Below, in pieces: positions 34,222 to 47,059 of a DNA stretch of 64,000 nt. The translations under genes were made by a program, and so were the position numbers. This stretch comes from an uncultured Acidobacteriota bacterium (GTDB taxonomy: Bacteria > Acidobacteriota > Thermoanaerobaculia > Gp7-AA8), in the NCBI GenBank assembly GCA_963822445.1, contig CAWGHO010000002.1, positions 192,001 to 256,000 of the forward strand, in the 5' to 3' direction. How positions within the stretch are numbered: position 1 is the first letter of the stretch; every line of letters starts with the position of its first letter. The notes under the pieces were generated by a model that made no database searches, was not told the origin of the DNA, and saw only the letters and a program-made list of their open reading frames with translations.

Positions 34222-35160
34222 TCACGCCGCTTTTTCGACCGCGGGCTGCTCGACGACGATCGGCTCGGTCTTCTTCCAACCCGACGGCTGCACCAGCGCG
34301 ACGCCGCCGAGAATCACGACCATGGCGATGATCGAGACCCAGGTCAGCGGCTCGTCGAGGATCAGCCAGCCGAGGAAGACCGCGACGACGGGGTTCACGT
34401 AGGCGTAGAGCGACGAGTGCGTGGTGCGCATGTGCGCGAGCGCGAAGACGTACGCGCTGTACGCGATCACGCCCCCGAAGATCGTCAGGTACGCGAGGGC
34501 GAAGAACGTCCGCGTCGTGAAGAGGAATCGCGGACCTTCGCCGATCGCGAAACCGATCACGGTCACGATCACGCCGCCGAAGAGCATCTGCAGACCGGCT
34601 GAAGCCATCAGCGGAACGTTGCGGACGTGATACTTGCCGCGCCACGCACCGAGCTGCCAGCAGAACGATCCGACCTGCACGGCGATCGCGGCGATCACGA
34701 AGGGGACGCTCCAGGCCGCGCCGGTGCCGCCGGGCGTCACGAGCAAAGCCACGCCGCCGAAGCCAACGAGCATGCCCAGGCCGCTGCGGATGTCGACGCG
34801 CTCGCCGCCGGTGCGGAAGGCTTCGATGATGGCCATCCAGAACGGCGCGGTTGCAACGAGCAGCGCCGCGAGTCCGCTGGGCACCCACTGCTCTGCCCAG
34901 ACCACGGCGAGATTGCCAACGCCGACCATCAGGAAGCCGATCAGCACCAGGTTGCCGAGCGTGCGCGCGTCGCGCGGAATCCGATCGCCGCGCAGTCTGG
35001 AGATGCCGAGCATGATCAGACCGGAGGTGATGAAGCGCGATCCGGTCAGGAGCAGCGGAGGAAGCGTTTCCAGGGCGATGCGGATCGCCAGGTAGGTCGT
35101 GCCCCAGATGATGCACACCGCCGCGAAGGCAATGTAGGCGAGATGGCGTTCGTGCTTCAT
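34222..35160 (-). CDS. EamA/DMT family transporter (YedA-like)
   Basis: IIWGTTYLAIR, VPSGLAALL, YAYVNPVVAVFLG; about ten TM helices; start ATG 35160. Confidence 0.92.
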   Translation of the reverse strand: MKHERHLAYIAFAAVCIIWGTTYLAIRIALETLPPLLLTGSRFITSGLIMLGISRLRGDRIPRDARTLGNLVLIGFLMVGVGNLAVVWAEQWVPSGLAALLVATAPFWMAIIEAFRTGGERVDIRSGLGMLVGFGGVALLVTPGGTGAAWSVPFVIAAIAVQVGSFCWQLGAWRGKYHVRNVPLMASAGLQMLFGGVIVTVIGFAIGEGPRFLFTTRTFFALAYLTIFGGVIAYSAYVFALAHMRTTHSSLYAYVNPVVAVFLGWLILDEPLTWVSIIAMVVILGGVALVQPSGWKKTEPIVVEQPAVEKAA

Positions 35161-35636
35161 CGCGTCTCCTCCCCACCCAGGTCGATGCCGCCGACTTTCT
35201 CGCAGTGCGTCTGCATGACGATGGTCGTGCGCGTGGCCAGGCCGATCGGCGCGGTGGTCAGTTGATGAACGAGGGTGTGCAGCGCGCCGATCGATTCGGT
35301 GCGGACCTTGAGCAGAAAGCAGTCGTCGCCTGCAACGGTGTGGACCTCGAGGATCTCCTCGCGGGCCATCAGCTCGCGGAACTTCTTCCACGCTGCCGAG
35401 GACATGGTCGCGCCGCGCGCGGTCACGAACGCGGTGATCGTCCGCCCAAGAGCGGTCGGATCGATCACCGCCGTCGTGCCGCGGATTACGCCCTGGCGCT
35501 CGAGCTTGTCGAGGCGATCGGCGACGGCCGGCCGGGAAAGGCCGATCTGCTCGGCGATCTGCGCGGCGGGGGTGCGGGCGTCGCGCAGAAGAAGATCGAC
35601 GATTCGAAGATCGAGCTCATCCAGTTCGACGGCCAT
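35157..35636 (-). CDS. Lrp/AsnC family transcriptional regulator
   Basis: LDELDLRIV, IGLSRPAVADRLDKLE, VAGDDCFLLKV. Confidence 0.93.
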   Translation of the reverse strand: MAVELDELDLRIVDLLLRDARTPAAQIAEQIGLSRPAVADRLDKLERQGVIRGTTAVIDPTALGRTITAFVTARGATMSSAAWKKFRELMAREEILEVHTVAGDDCFLLKVRTESIGALHTLVHQLTTAPIGLATRTTIVMQTHCEKVGGIDLGGEETR

Positions 35637-35700
35637 CGAAGCAATATGGCGTCGAAACGAAGGAAAAGCAAGTCACTAACCTGCGAACCGTCGGCGAGCC

Positions 35701-36039
35701 TTAGAAAGCGCCGGCCGATGCCGCGGCGGCCCAGAACTGAGGCCGCGCCGTGAACAGGCGCGACAGGCGCGGGTAACGGAACTCGCCCCGGCGCGTCGCG
35801 CTGTCGATGAGGTCCCTCTTCAGGTACTCGATCTTCACCTCGCGGGCGGGGTCGTTCATCAGGCGGCGCAGGGAGGCACGGCTCAGGACGATGGTCTTCA
35901 GCTTCATTCCCTCGCCCCGCACGGCATAACGGATGGTGTTCCGCTCCGGTGAGCACGCGCGCGCGACACCGGCCGGCAGGACACTCACGATCTCTTCTGC
36001 GATTCGGCTTTCGTCGTACTTCGTCGTTTGCGTTCTCAT
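35701..36039 (-). CDS. Hypothetical basic protein (112 aa)
   Basis: From ATG 36039, MRTQTTKYDESRIAEEIVSVL...; fills the gap, G/C-ending codons. Confidence 0.55.
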   Translation of the reverse strand: MRTQTTKYDESRIAEEIVSVLPAGVARACSPERNTIRYAVRGEGMKLKTIVLSRASLRRLMNDPAREVKIEYLKRDLIDSATRRGEFRYPRLSRLFTARPQFWAAAASAGAF

Positions 36040-36094
36040 GCTGTAATAGACGCCCTTTCCGGCCGAAAGTTTTGCCTGGAGATGTGAACTCCCG

Positions 36095-36374
36095 TTGAAC
36101 GCTCCGTCAAAGGTCGTGGCATTCGTCCCCCTGGGCACGTCGGCCGTGGCGAAGGACAACGAGACCCTCCTCGACGTCGCCCGCCGCGCCAACGCCCCCC
36201 TCGGCAACTCCTGCGGCGGCGTCGGCGTCTGCGCCCGCTGCAAGGTCGTGGTGGTGGACGGAACGCTGAGCCCGCCAACGACGATGGAAGTGCGGTTCGG
36301 TCAGTTGGCGGACGGAGAAAGACTGGCCTGTCAGGCGGTGGTGGAGGGGGATTGCACTGTGACGACAACGTATT

Positions 36375-36379
<5 letters not shown>
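36095..36379 (+). CDS. 2Fe-2S ferredoxin-like protein
   Basis: CGGVGVCARC and RLACQ ligands. Confidence 0.9.
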
Positions 36380-39908
<3,529 letters not shown>

Positions 39909-40005
39909 CGTTGGAGTCCTTTCATCGCGCGCGTACGGTATGGGCCGCGTTTGCCCGGCGTCAATGCCCGCGAATTTTCAAAGGGTTGCAGCCGGTTCCG
40001 CGAGC

Positions 40006-43000
40006 ATGCCCCGTCTCCTGGTTGCAGTTCTGCTGTTCGTCCTCAGTTCTCCTGCGCTGGCCGCTGTCGAAGACTCCGCCGACCTCAGTGTCCAGTTCGG
40101 CATACCGGCGCGCGTCACTGCCGGAACCAGCTATCTCGCCTTCGCCCAACTGAGCAATCTCGGGCCCGACACGGCCGAGAACGTCGTTCTCACGACCACG
40201 GCGGGTTATTTCACGGGCTCGCACGACTGCGTCCTCGAAGACGGAGGCCGGCGCTGCACGGTCAAACGGTTGCCCGCGGGCGGTGGGTTCGCCGTGGTGC
40301 TGTGGATCGATCGCGAGCCGGTGGTGGGCGTCGTTCCGATCACCGTGGAGGCGGCGAGCACCACTCCCGATCCGAATCCGGCCAACAACCGGATCGTGGG
40401 CCAGGTGGAGTTCGTTCTTGCTCCGTGGCTCCGCTTCTCGCTCTACGGCAGCGCCGCGGATCCCGGCGGCACCGCGAATTACGACGTCTCGATCTACAAC
40501 GAAAGCGAAATCGCCGCGATCGACGCGAACTTCACCATTCCCTTGCCGGAAGGATGGTCATTCGAGCGATCGCTCTCGCCGGAGCTGCAGTGCGTCCAGA
40601 CCGGCAGCAATGTGCGATGTGCCGTCGCGCGCATCGAGCCTCGGACCGAATTCAGGGGCACCCTGCTGCTGCGCGCGCCGAACACTCCGGAAGGGTCCTA
40701 CACCGAAAAATCGGTGCCGGTGAAGATCGACACGGCCCACGGCGTCATCAGTCCGGACCTCCTGGCCACCGCACACTTCGCGACGACCATCTACCGAACC
40801 ATCGCCGTGACGAATACCGCGGACAGCGGCGAAGGCTCGCTGCGTCACGCGATCGAAACGGTCAACGCCGGATGCACGTTTCCGGGGGCGCCGTGCAAGA
40901 TCACCTTCGACATCGACAGCGCGGCCCCGCATCACACCATCAGGCCTCTCAAGCCGCTGCCTTCGATCCGGAAATACGTTCACATCGACGGATCCACTCA
41001 GTCCACGAGACACGGTGAAACGAACCCGGTCGGCCCCGAGATCGAGATCAACGGATCGCTGCTGACGGCCGGTGACGGCCTCGAAGTGACCGGCGAGCAG
41101 GCCCATTTCGAATTGCGCGATCTCGCGATCAACGGGTTTCCAGGCAACGGCGTGTCGCTTCGCCGGAACATGCATGGCGCGTCGCTGCACCGGAACTACA
41201 TCGGCACTGACGTGACGGGCCGCATTGCCGTGCCGAATGGCGGCCGCGGCATCGTCGTCGAGACTCCCGACCTCTATTACGCGAACATCTCGATCCGCGA
41301 CAACGTCATCAGCGGCAATGCGCGGAGCGGCGTGTTCATCGGCTCCGCCTACCAGATCACGCTGATCAACAACCGCATTGGCGTCTCGGCAGGCGATCGT
41401 CCCGAGCCTCTCGGCAACGGCGCCACCGGCATCTTCCTCGGCCCGCGCGCCTGGGCCGTCACCATTCAGAAGAACGTGATCGCACACAACGCGGACGCCG
41501 GGATCGGTACCTCGAGCTCGGGAACCGTCGCCATCCGTCGAAACGCGATCTACGCCAACGGCTCTCTGGGCATCGATCGCAACCTCGATCTCGTCTCGAC
41601 CAGTCCGGCCTTGCCGGTCATCACCGCCGCAAGCTATGACCCGTCGACGAACGTCACGCACATCGAAGGGCGGATTGCCTCCGGTTCGCAGCCCGACGTG
41701 TCTGAAGTGGAGTTGTTCGCGAACAGCTCGTCCAGCGACGAAGGGTATGGCGAGGGCGAGCTTTTCATCGGCTACGCGAAGCCCCTCGCCAACGCATTCA
41801 CCTTGGACTATCGAGGCGATCTCCGCGGTCGTTTCATCACCGCTACGTTCACCTTCCCGAACAACTACTACCCCGAGCTGCCGGACATGGTGACGTCGGA
41901 GTTCGGGCCGGCGTTCCGAGTCGATGGCGAGGCAGCGGGACCGATCGATCCGGCATCGATCGTCCCCCGCGGCGCCGATCTCGGCATTCGCCTCGGGTCG
42001 TGGTTCCGCCACCAGCCCGGCGTGCAGTCCCAGATGTGGATCAACATTCCGAACTTCGGACCGGAGACGCCCGACAAGATCACGATCGACATCACCGCCG
42101 ACGCCGGAAACCTTGTGCCTTCGAACGAAGCGTGCCGGCCAGTGGAAACGGGCGGCCTCCGCTGCGTCACGCGCTTCGGGTACCCGGAGCTGTATTTCTA
42201 CTACGAGCCTCCGACCGGCATGGACAGCGCGACCATCGCGGCGCGGGTTTCGTCCTCGATCTTCGATCCCGATCCGAGCAACAACCAGACGTCGTTGAAG
42301 CTCGAGATCACATCGCCAGCCCTGCTGGACCTCCGCATCACGTCACCCGGGCCGGTCGATCCGGGCGCGAGAGCAACCTACGACGTGTACGTGTCGCAAC
42401 GGGGGACCGTGGCGGCAAGCGACGTCGAGGTCCGCATCCCCATCCCCGTCACCTGGCCGGTCATCGAGATCCCGTCCGGCAAATGGAACTGTTCGATGGT
42501 CGAGAATCACACGCTTCTCTGCCGGACAGCGGTCATCGAAGGAAAGACCACGGACAGCTTCAGCTACACCTTGCGCGCGCCGTCGCACGCAGTGCGGCAT
42601 TTTGCGACCGAGGGGAAGGCCCGCGCTGCCGAGTACGAGTTCTTTCCTCCGACGTCGTACGCGTTGTACGAAGTCTTCAACGTCCTGGCCGTCACCACGA
42701 CCGCCGACCGCGGTGCGGGATCACTGCGCGACGCGCTCGATCGCGCGACTGCGCAGTGCGGATTCGGGGGCTACAACTGCAAAGTGATCTTCAGGATCGA
42801 CGCGGCCAGCGCCGCCAACGGCGTCTTCACGATTCGTCCCGTCGAACGTCTGCCGGCCGTCGGTGCCATCGACATCACCATCGACGGACGGACCCAGACC
42901 GAACACACCGGTGACACGAATCCGCTGGGACCGGAGATCGAGCTCAACGGATTGCAGACCGCCACCGCCAGCGGCCTGGAACTTCAGTCGACGGGCACGG

Positions 43001-43875
43001 TGATGATCCGAAGCCTGACCATCAACGGCTTCCCGGAGAACGGAATCCTCTTCCGCACGTTCAGTGCGTCCAAAGATTACCGCGACCGGCGGCGAGTGGT
43101 TGGGAGCTACATCGGCACCGATCCAACCGGTCGCTTGGCGGTTCCGAATCGCGGCCGGGGAATCGCGATCGAGAGCACGATCGAAAGCTATTCGCGCCTG
43201 GAGCTGCTCGACAACGTGATCAGCGGCAACGATCGGGCCGGCATCGTCGTCAACTCCGGCGAGATCGCCCACATCGCACGCAACCGGATCGGCGTCAGCG
43301 CCGGTGAAGAACGGCTTCCGCTGCCGAACGGGGCCAGTGGCATCTACCTCGGCAAGTCGTTCGGCGCGATCATCGAAGGAAACGCAATCGCGAACAACGC
43401 TCACGCCGGCGTAGCGACTTCACCGGAATCCACCTGGACCGCCGTTCGCGCGAACACGATGTACGACAACGGAGGCCTGGGGATCGACCATGGCATCGAC
43501 TCCGTGACGTTCAACGACGGGCCGGATCGCCCCGAGGATCTCCCCGGCTTTCCGACGATCACCTCGGCGGTCTGGGACGCTTCGAGAGGCGTGACGCGCA
43601 TCGAAGGACGGGGCAAAGGAACGCGATTCGTGCACAACGCGCCGATCATCGAGCTGTACGCCAATCGCACCGCGGATCCATCCGGCTACGGGGAAGGCCT
43701 TCGCTCGCTCGGCACGGTGACGCTGCCGTTGGCGGCAACCACCGAGCAGTTCTTCGCGTTCGAGATCGCCGAAGATCTGCGCGGGCAGCTGATCGCCGCG
43801 ACTCTCACCGTGCCGAACAGCTTCGCCGGTGGGGACTGGACATCGGAGTTCAGCCAGAACGTGCCCGTGCAGTGA
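40006..43875 (+). CDS. Large secreted protein with duplicated DUF11 plus right-handed beta-helix modules
   Basis: Signal peptide MPRLLVAVLLFVLSSPALA; DPNPANN/DPDPSNN DUF11 motifs; two copies of VTxTADxGxGSLR, YIGTDxTG, NVISGN, GLGID, GYGEG, TSEF. Confidence 0.85.
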   Translation: MPRLLVAVLLFVLSSPALAAVEDSADLSVQFGIPARVTAGTSYLAFAQLSNLGPDTAENVVLTTTAGYFTGSHDCVLEDGGRRCTVKRLPAGGGFAVVLWIDREPVVGVVPITVEAASTTPDPNPANNRIVGQVEFVLAPWLRFSLYGSAADPGGTANYDVSIYNESEIAAIDANFTIPLPEGWSFERSLSPELQCVQTGSNVRCAVARIEPRTEFRGTLLLRAPNTPEGSYTEKSVPVKIDTAHGVISPDLLATAHFATTIYRTIAVTNTADSGEGSLRHAIETVNAGCTFPGAPCKITFDIDSAAPHHTIRPLKPLPSIRKYVHIDGSTQSTRHGETNPVGPEIEINGSLLTAGDGLEVTGEQAHFELRDLAINGFPGNGVSLRRNMHGASLHRNYIGTDVTGRIAVPNGGRGIVVETPDLYYANISIRDNVISGNARSGVFIGSAYQITLINNRIGVSAGDRPEPLGNGATGIFLGPRAWAVTIQKNVIAHNADAGIGTSSSGTVAIRRNAIYANGSLGIDRNLDLVSTSPALPVITAASYDPSTNVTHIEGRIASGSQPDVSEVELFANSSSSDEGYGEGELFIGYAKPLANAFTLDYRGDLRGRFITATFTFPNNYYPELPDMVTSEFGPAFRVDGEAAGPIDPASIVPRGADLGIRLGSWFRHQPGVQSQMWINIPNFGPETPDKITIDITADAGNLVPSNEACRPVETGGLRCVTRFGYPELYFYYEPPTGMDSATIAARVSSSIFDPDPSNNQTSLKLEITSPALLDLRITSPGPVDPGARATYDVYVSQRGTVAASDVEVRIPIPVTWPVIEIPSGKWNCSMVENHTLLCRTAVIEGKTTDSFSYTLRAPSHAVRHFATEGKARAAEYEFFPPTSYALYEVFNVLAVTTTADRGAGSLRDALDRATAQCGFGGYNCKVIFRIDAASAANGVFTIRPVERLPAVGAIDITIDGRTQTEHTGDTNPLGPEIELNGLQTATASGLELQSTGTVMIRSLTINGFPENGILFRTFSASKDYRDRRRVVGSYIGTDPTGRLAVPNRGRGIAIESTIESYSRLELLDNVISGNDRAGIVVNSGEIAHIARNRIGVSAGEERLPLPNGASGIYLGKSFGAIIEGNAIANNAHAGVATSPESTWTAVRANTMYDNGGLGIDHGIDSVTFNDGPDRPEDLPGFPTITSAVWDASRGVTRIEGRGKGTRFVHNAPIIELYANRTADPSGYGEGLRSLGTVTLPLAATTEQFFAFEIAEDLRGQLIAATLTVPNSFAGGDWTSEFSQNVPVQ

Positions 43876-44875
43876 GGAACATGCAGTCGCCGTAGCTGTA
43901 GAAGAGGTAGCGGTTGCGGATCGCCTCCGCGTACGCGTTGCGAATCGTCTCGATTCCGGCGAACGCGGAGACGAGCATCAGCAGGGTCGACTCGGGCAGA
44001 TGGAAGTTGGTCAGCAGCTTGTCGACCGCTTTGAACTGATATCCGGGTGTGATGAAGATCGACGTCTCGCCGTGACCGGCGGTGAAGCGGCTGTCGCGGA
44101 TTGCGCTTTCCAGCGTGCGGACGCTGGTCGTGCCGACGGCGATGATCGAACGCTTCTCGGCGATGGCGCGATTGAGACGATCGGCGGCCTCGGCGGTGAT
44201 GTCGTAGCGCTCGGAATCCATCCGGTGCTCTTCGATGCGGTCGACTTTGACCGGCTTGAACGTGCCGATCCCGACGTGCAGCGTCACACGCACGATCTCC
44301 ACGCCGCGCGCAGCGATGGCGTCGAGAATCTCCTGTGTGAAGTGCAGTCCCGCGGTCGGTGCCGCGATCGCGCCGCGCTGGGCGGCATAGACCGTCTGGT
44401 ACGACTCCTTGTCGCTCTCGCGGGGCTCGTGGCGGGCGATGTAAGGCGGTAAGGGCGGGATGCCCAGGCGTTCGATCTCGTGGAGGTCGCCGATGAAGCG
44501 GATCACGACCGTGCCTTCCTCCTTCTCGAGGATTTCGGCGGAGAGCGTGTCGGAGAAGGCCACGACGTCGCCCGGTTTCACGCGCTTGGCGGGCTTGCAC
44601 CAGGTCTCCCAGGTCGCGGGATCGCGCTCGCGCGTGAGCAGGAACTCGATGGGGTTCTTCATCTGCCCCTTCGGGCGGGCGAAGAGCCGCGCCGGGATGA
44701 CGCGGGTGTCGTTGAGGACGAGGACGTCGCCCTTTTGCAGGTAGCTGGGGAAGTTGGCGAAGGAGTCGTGCTCGATGGTCTCGCCGACGACCATCATGCG
44801 CGAGCGGCCCCGCTCGCGCGGCTCCTGCGCGATGAGATCATCGGGGAGGTCGTAGGCGAAGTCGGTGCGCAGCAT
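43850..44875 (-). CDS. queA: S-adenosylmethionine:tRNA ribosyltransferase-isomerase
   Basis: FAYDLP, NDTRVIPAR, PLPPYI, AAPTAGLHF, LHVGIGTF, VGTTSVR, NFHLP, FYSYGD. Confidence 0.97.
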   Translation of the reverse strand: MLRTDFAYDLPDDLIAQEPRERGRSRMMVVGETIEHDSFANFPSYLQKGDVLVLNDTRVIPARLFARPKGQMKNPIEFLLTRERDPATWETWCKPAKRVKPGDVVAFSDTLSAEILEKEEGTVVIRFIGDLHEIERLGIPPLPPYIARHEPRESDKESYQTVYAAQRGAIAAPTAGLHFTQEILDAIAARGVEIVRVTLHVGIGTFKPVKVDRIEEHRMDSERYDITAEAADRLNRAIAEKRSIIAVGTTSVRTLESAIRDSRFTAGHGETSIFITPGYQFKAVDKLLTNFHLPESTLLMLVSAFAGIETIRNAYAEAIRNRYLFYSYGDCMFLTARARSG

Positions 44876-44892
44876 TCAAGATATGAAGCGCC

Positions 44893-44986
44893 AGCTCTGG
44901 ACTGCGGCAGCAGAGCTGCCGCTCTCCACGCGGCGGCATTGCCGCCGCAAGCTAGAGCGGTGGCTGTGCCACCGCAGTCCAGAGCT
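44893..44986. repeat. REP-like element (family B variant) with three hairpins
   Basis: agctctggactgcggcagc-aga-gctgccgctct / gcggcggc-att-gccgccgc / agagcggtggc-tgt-gccaccgcagtccagagct. Confidence 0.85.
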
Positions 44987-45007
44987 TCCCTCCAATAGAA
45001 TCGGCGC

Positions 45008-45481
45008 ATGATACGCGCTCGCGTCATCACCTGCTCCGACGCCGCCTCGCGCGGCGAGCGCGAAGACAAATCCGGTCCGGCCGTGCGCGATCTGCTGATG
45101 GCCAGCGGCTTCGAAGTCGGAAAGATCATCATCGTCCCCGATGAGATCGACGCGATCGCGCGAGCCATCACCAGTGTGGACGAACGCCTCATCGTCACCA
45201 CCGGCGGCACCGGCATCGCCGCGCGCGACGTCACGCCCGAAGCGACGCTCACCGTCTGCGAGCGCGTCATTCCCGGATTTGGCGAAGTCATGCGTGCCTC
45301 GGCGCCGATGGCCGCGCTGTCACGCGCACAAGCGGCCATCCGCGGCACGGCACTGGTCGTGAATCTGCCCGGAAGCGTGAAAGGAGCGGTCGAGAATCTG
45401 AAGGCGGTGCTTCACCTCATCCCGCACGCGCTCGACCTGCTGGCAGGCAAGACCGAACATGAACGTCCTCCCCGGACTTGA
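45008..45481 (+). CDS. MogA/MoaB molybdopterin adenylyltransferase family
   Basis: ITCSD, DKSG, TTGGTG..RDVTPEA, NLPGS. Confidence 0.92.
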   Translation: MIRARVITCSDAASRGEREDKSGPAVRDLLMASGFEVGKIIIVPDEIDAIARAITSVDERLIVTTGGTGIAARDVTPEATLTVCERVIPGFGEVMRASAPMAALSRAQAAIRGTALVVNLPGSVKGAVENLKAVLHLIPHALDLLAGKTEHERPPRT

Positions 45482-46652
45482 AGTCCTCATCGACAACGAA
45501 CCGTTCCGCATTCAGGGCAAGCGCATCGGCCTGGTCACCAATCAGAGCGCGGTCACGAACGACCTTCATCACGCCGCGAAACTGCTCCAGGCAGGCCGCG
45601 GCTGGAAGCTCACCGCGCTCTTCGGACCCGAGCATGGCGTGTGGGGCGAGGCCCAGGACATGGCCCACGTCGACCACTCCACCGACCCACTCACCGGCCT
45701 CCCGGTCTATTCGCTCTACGGAAAGAGCGAGGCCGATCTGTCGCCGCGCCGCGAGGTCCTCAAGAACCTCGACGCGCTGGTGATCGATCTCCAGGACATC
45801 GGGTCGCGCTACTACACCTTCATCTACACGATGGCCCTCTGCATGCGCGAGGCGGCACCGCTCGGCCTGCAGGTCATCGTCCTGGACCGGCCGAATCCGA
45901 TCGACGGCGTCCACATCGAAGGAAACATCCGCGAGGACAAGTACTCCAGCTTCGTCGGCCTCTTTCCGCTGCCCACGCGGCACGGCATGACCGCGGGAGA
46001 GCTCGCCCACTGGTTCGCGCGCTATTTCAAAGAGGCGCACAAGCTCGAGTGCAACCTCGCGGTGGTGCCGATGAAGAACTGGCGGCGCTGGATGTGGTGG
46101 GGCGACACCGGCCTGCCCTGGGTCATCCCCTCGCCGAACATGCCCACCGTCTACACCGCCACGGTCTATCCGGGCATGTGTCTCGTCGAAGGCACGAACC
46201 TCAGCGAAGGCCGCGGGACCACGCATCCGTTCGAATTCTTCGGCGCGCCCTGGCTGGACTCGTTCAAGCTCGCCGACAGGCTCAATCATCTCGACCTGCC
46301 CGGCGTCCGCTTCCGCCCGCACTACTTCATCCCCATGTTTCACAAGCACCAGGGCAAGGTCTGCGGCGGCGTGGAGATGCACGTGACCAATCGCGGCACG
46401 TTCGAGCCGTACCGCACGGGCCTCTGGTGCGTGAAGGTCGCCCGGGACATGAATCCGGAGGAGTTCAAGTGGCGGACGGAGACGTACGAGTTCGTCTCGG
46501 ATCGCCTCGCGATCGATCTCCTCGCCGGCAGCGCGCGGTATCGCGAGCTCGTGGAAAGCGGCGGGGACATCGAGGAGTGGATGGCGGAGTGGCAGGATCC
46601 GCTGCGCGAGTTCGCGAGGGTGCGGGACGAGTTCCTTTTGTACCGGGAGTAG
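45459..46652 (+). CDS. Exo-beta-N-acetylmuramidase NamZ (DUF1343) family
   Basis: GLVTNQS, LFGPEHG, DLQDIGSRYYTF, LDRPNP, RHGMTAGE, PSPNMP, SEGRGT. Confidence 0.92.
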   Translation: MNVLPGLEVLIDNEPFRIQGKRIGLVTNQSAVTNDLHHAAKLLQAGRGWKLTALFGPEHGVWGEAQDMAHVDHSTDPLTGLPVYSLYGKSEADLSPRREVLKNLDALVIDLQDIGSRYYTFIYTMALCMREAAPLGLQVIVLDRPNPIDGVHIEGNIREDKYSSFVGLFPLPTRHGMTAGELAHWFARYFKEAHKLECNLAVVPMKNWRRWMWWGDTGLPWVIPSPNMPTVYTATVYPGMCLVEGTNLSEGRGTTHPFEFFGAPWLDSFKLADRLNHLDLPGVRFRPHYFIPMFHKHQGKVCGGVEMHVTNRGTFEPYRTGLWCVKVARDMNPEEFKWRTETYEFVSDRLAIDLLAGSARYRELVESGGDIEEWMAEWQDPLREFARVRDEFLLYRE

Positions 46653-46677
46653 TTCAGGGGTGCCTGATAATCCCGCG

Positions 46678-47052
46678 ATGCACTTCATCGCTGCGCTGCT
46701 TCTCGCGACCATTCAGGTCATCGCCCCGGTCTTCCGCGACGCCCCTCCGACGATGCCGAAAGGCACGAAGATCGCCGTCCTCGAAGGCGACATCCGTAAT
46801 CCCGGCATCTTCACCATCCGCCTGAAAGTGCCGGCCGGCGCGAAGCTCGCCACGCACACCCATCCGCGTCCCGAGCGCGTGACCGTGCTCTCCGGCAAAG
46901 TCCGCGTGACCATCGACGGAAAAACCACGACCTTCGAAAAAGGCGGCTTCTACGTCAACCCTCCCGACGTCCCCCACTCCGTCAGTTTCGCGAAGGACAG
47001 CGTCCTCCAGTTGACCTGCGAGGGGCCGTGGGAGGTAGTGTTCGCGAAGTGA
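46678..47052 (+). CDS. Cupin-domain protein
   Basis: HTHP..ERVTVLSG and PDVPH cupin motifs. Confidence 0.85.
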   Translation: MHFIAALLLATIQVIAPVFRDAPPTMPKGTKIAVLEGDIRNPGIFTIRLKVPAGAKLATHTHPRPERVTVLSGKVRVTIDGKTTTFEKGGFYVNPPDVPHSVSFAKDSVLQLTCEGPWEVVFAK

Positions 47053-47059
47053 GTCTGCG

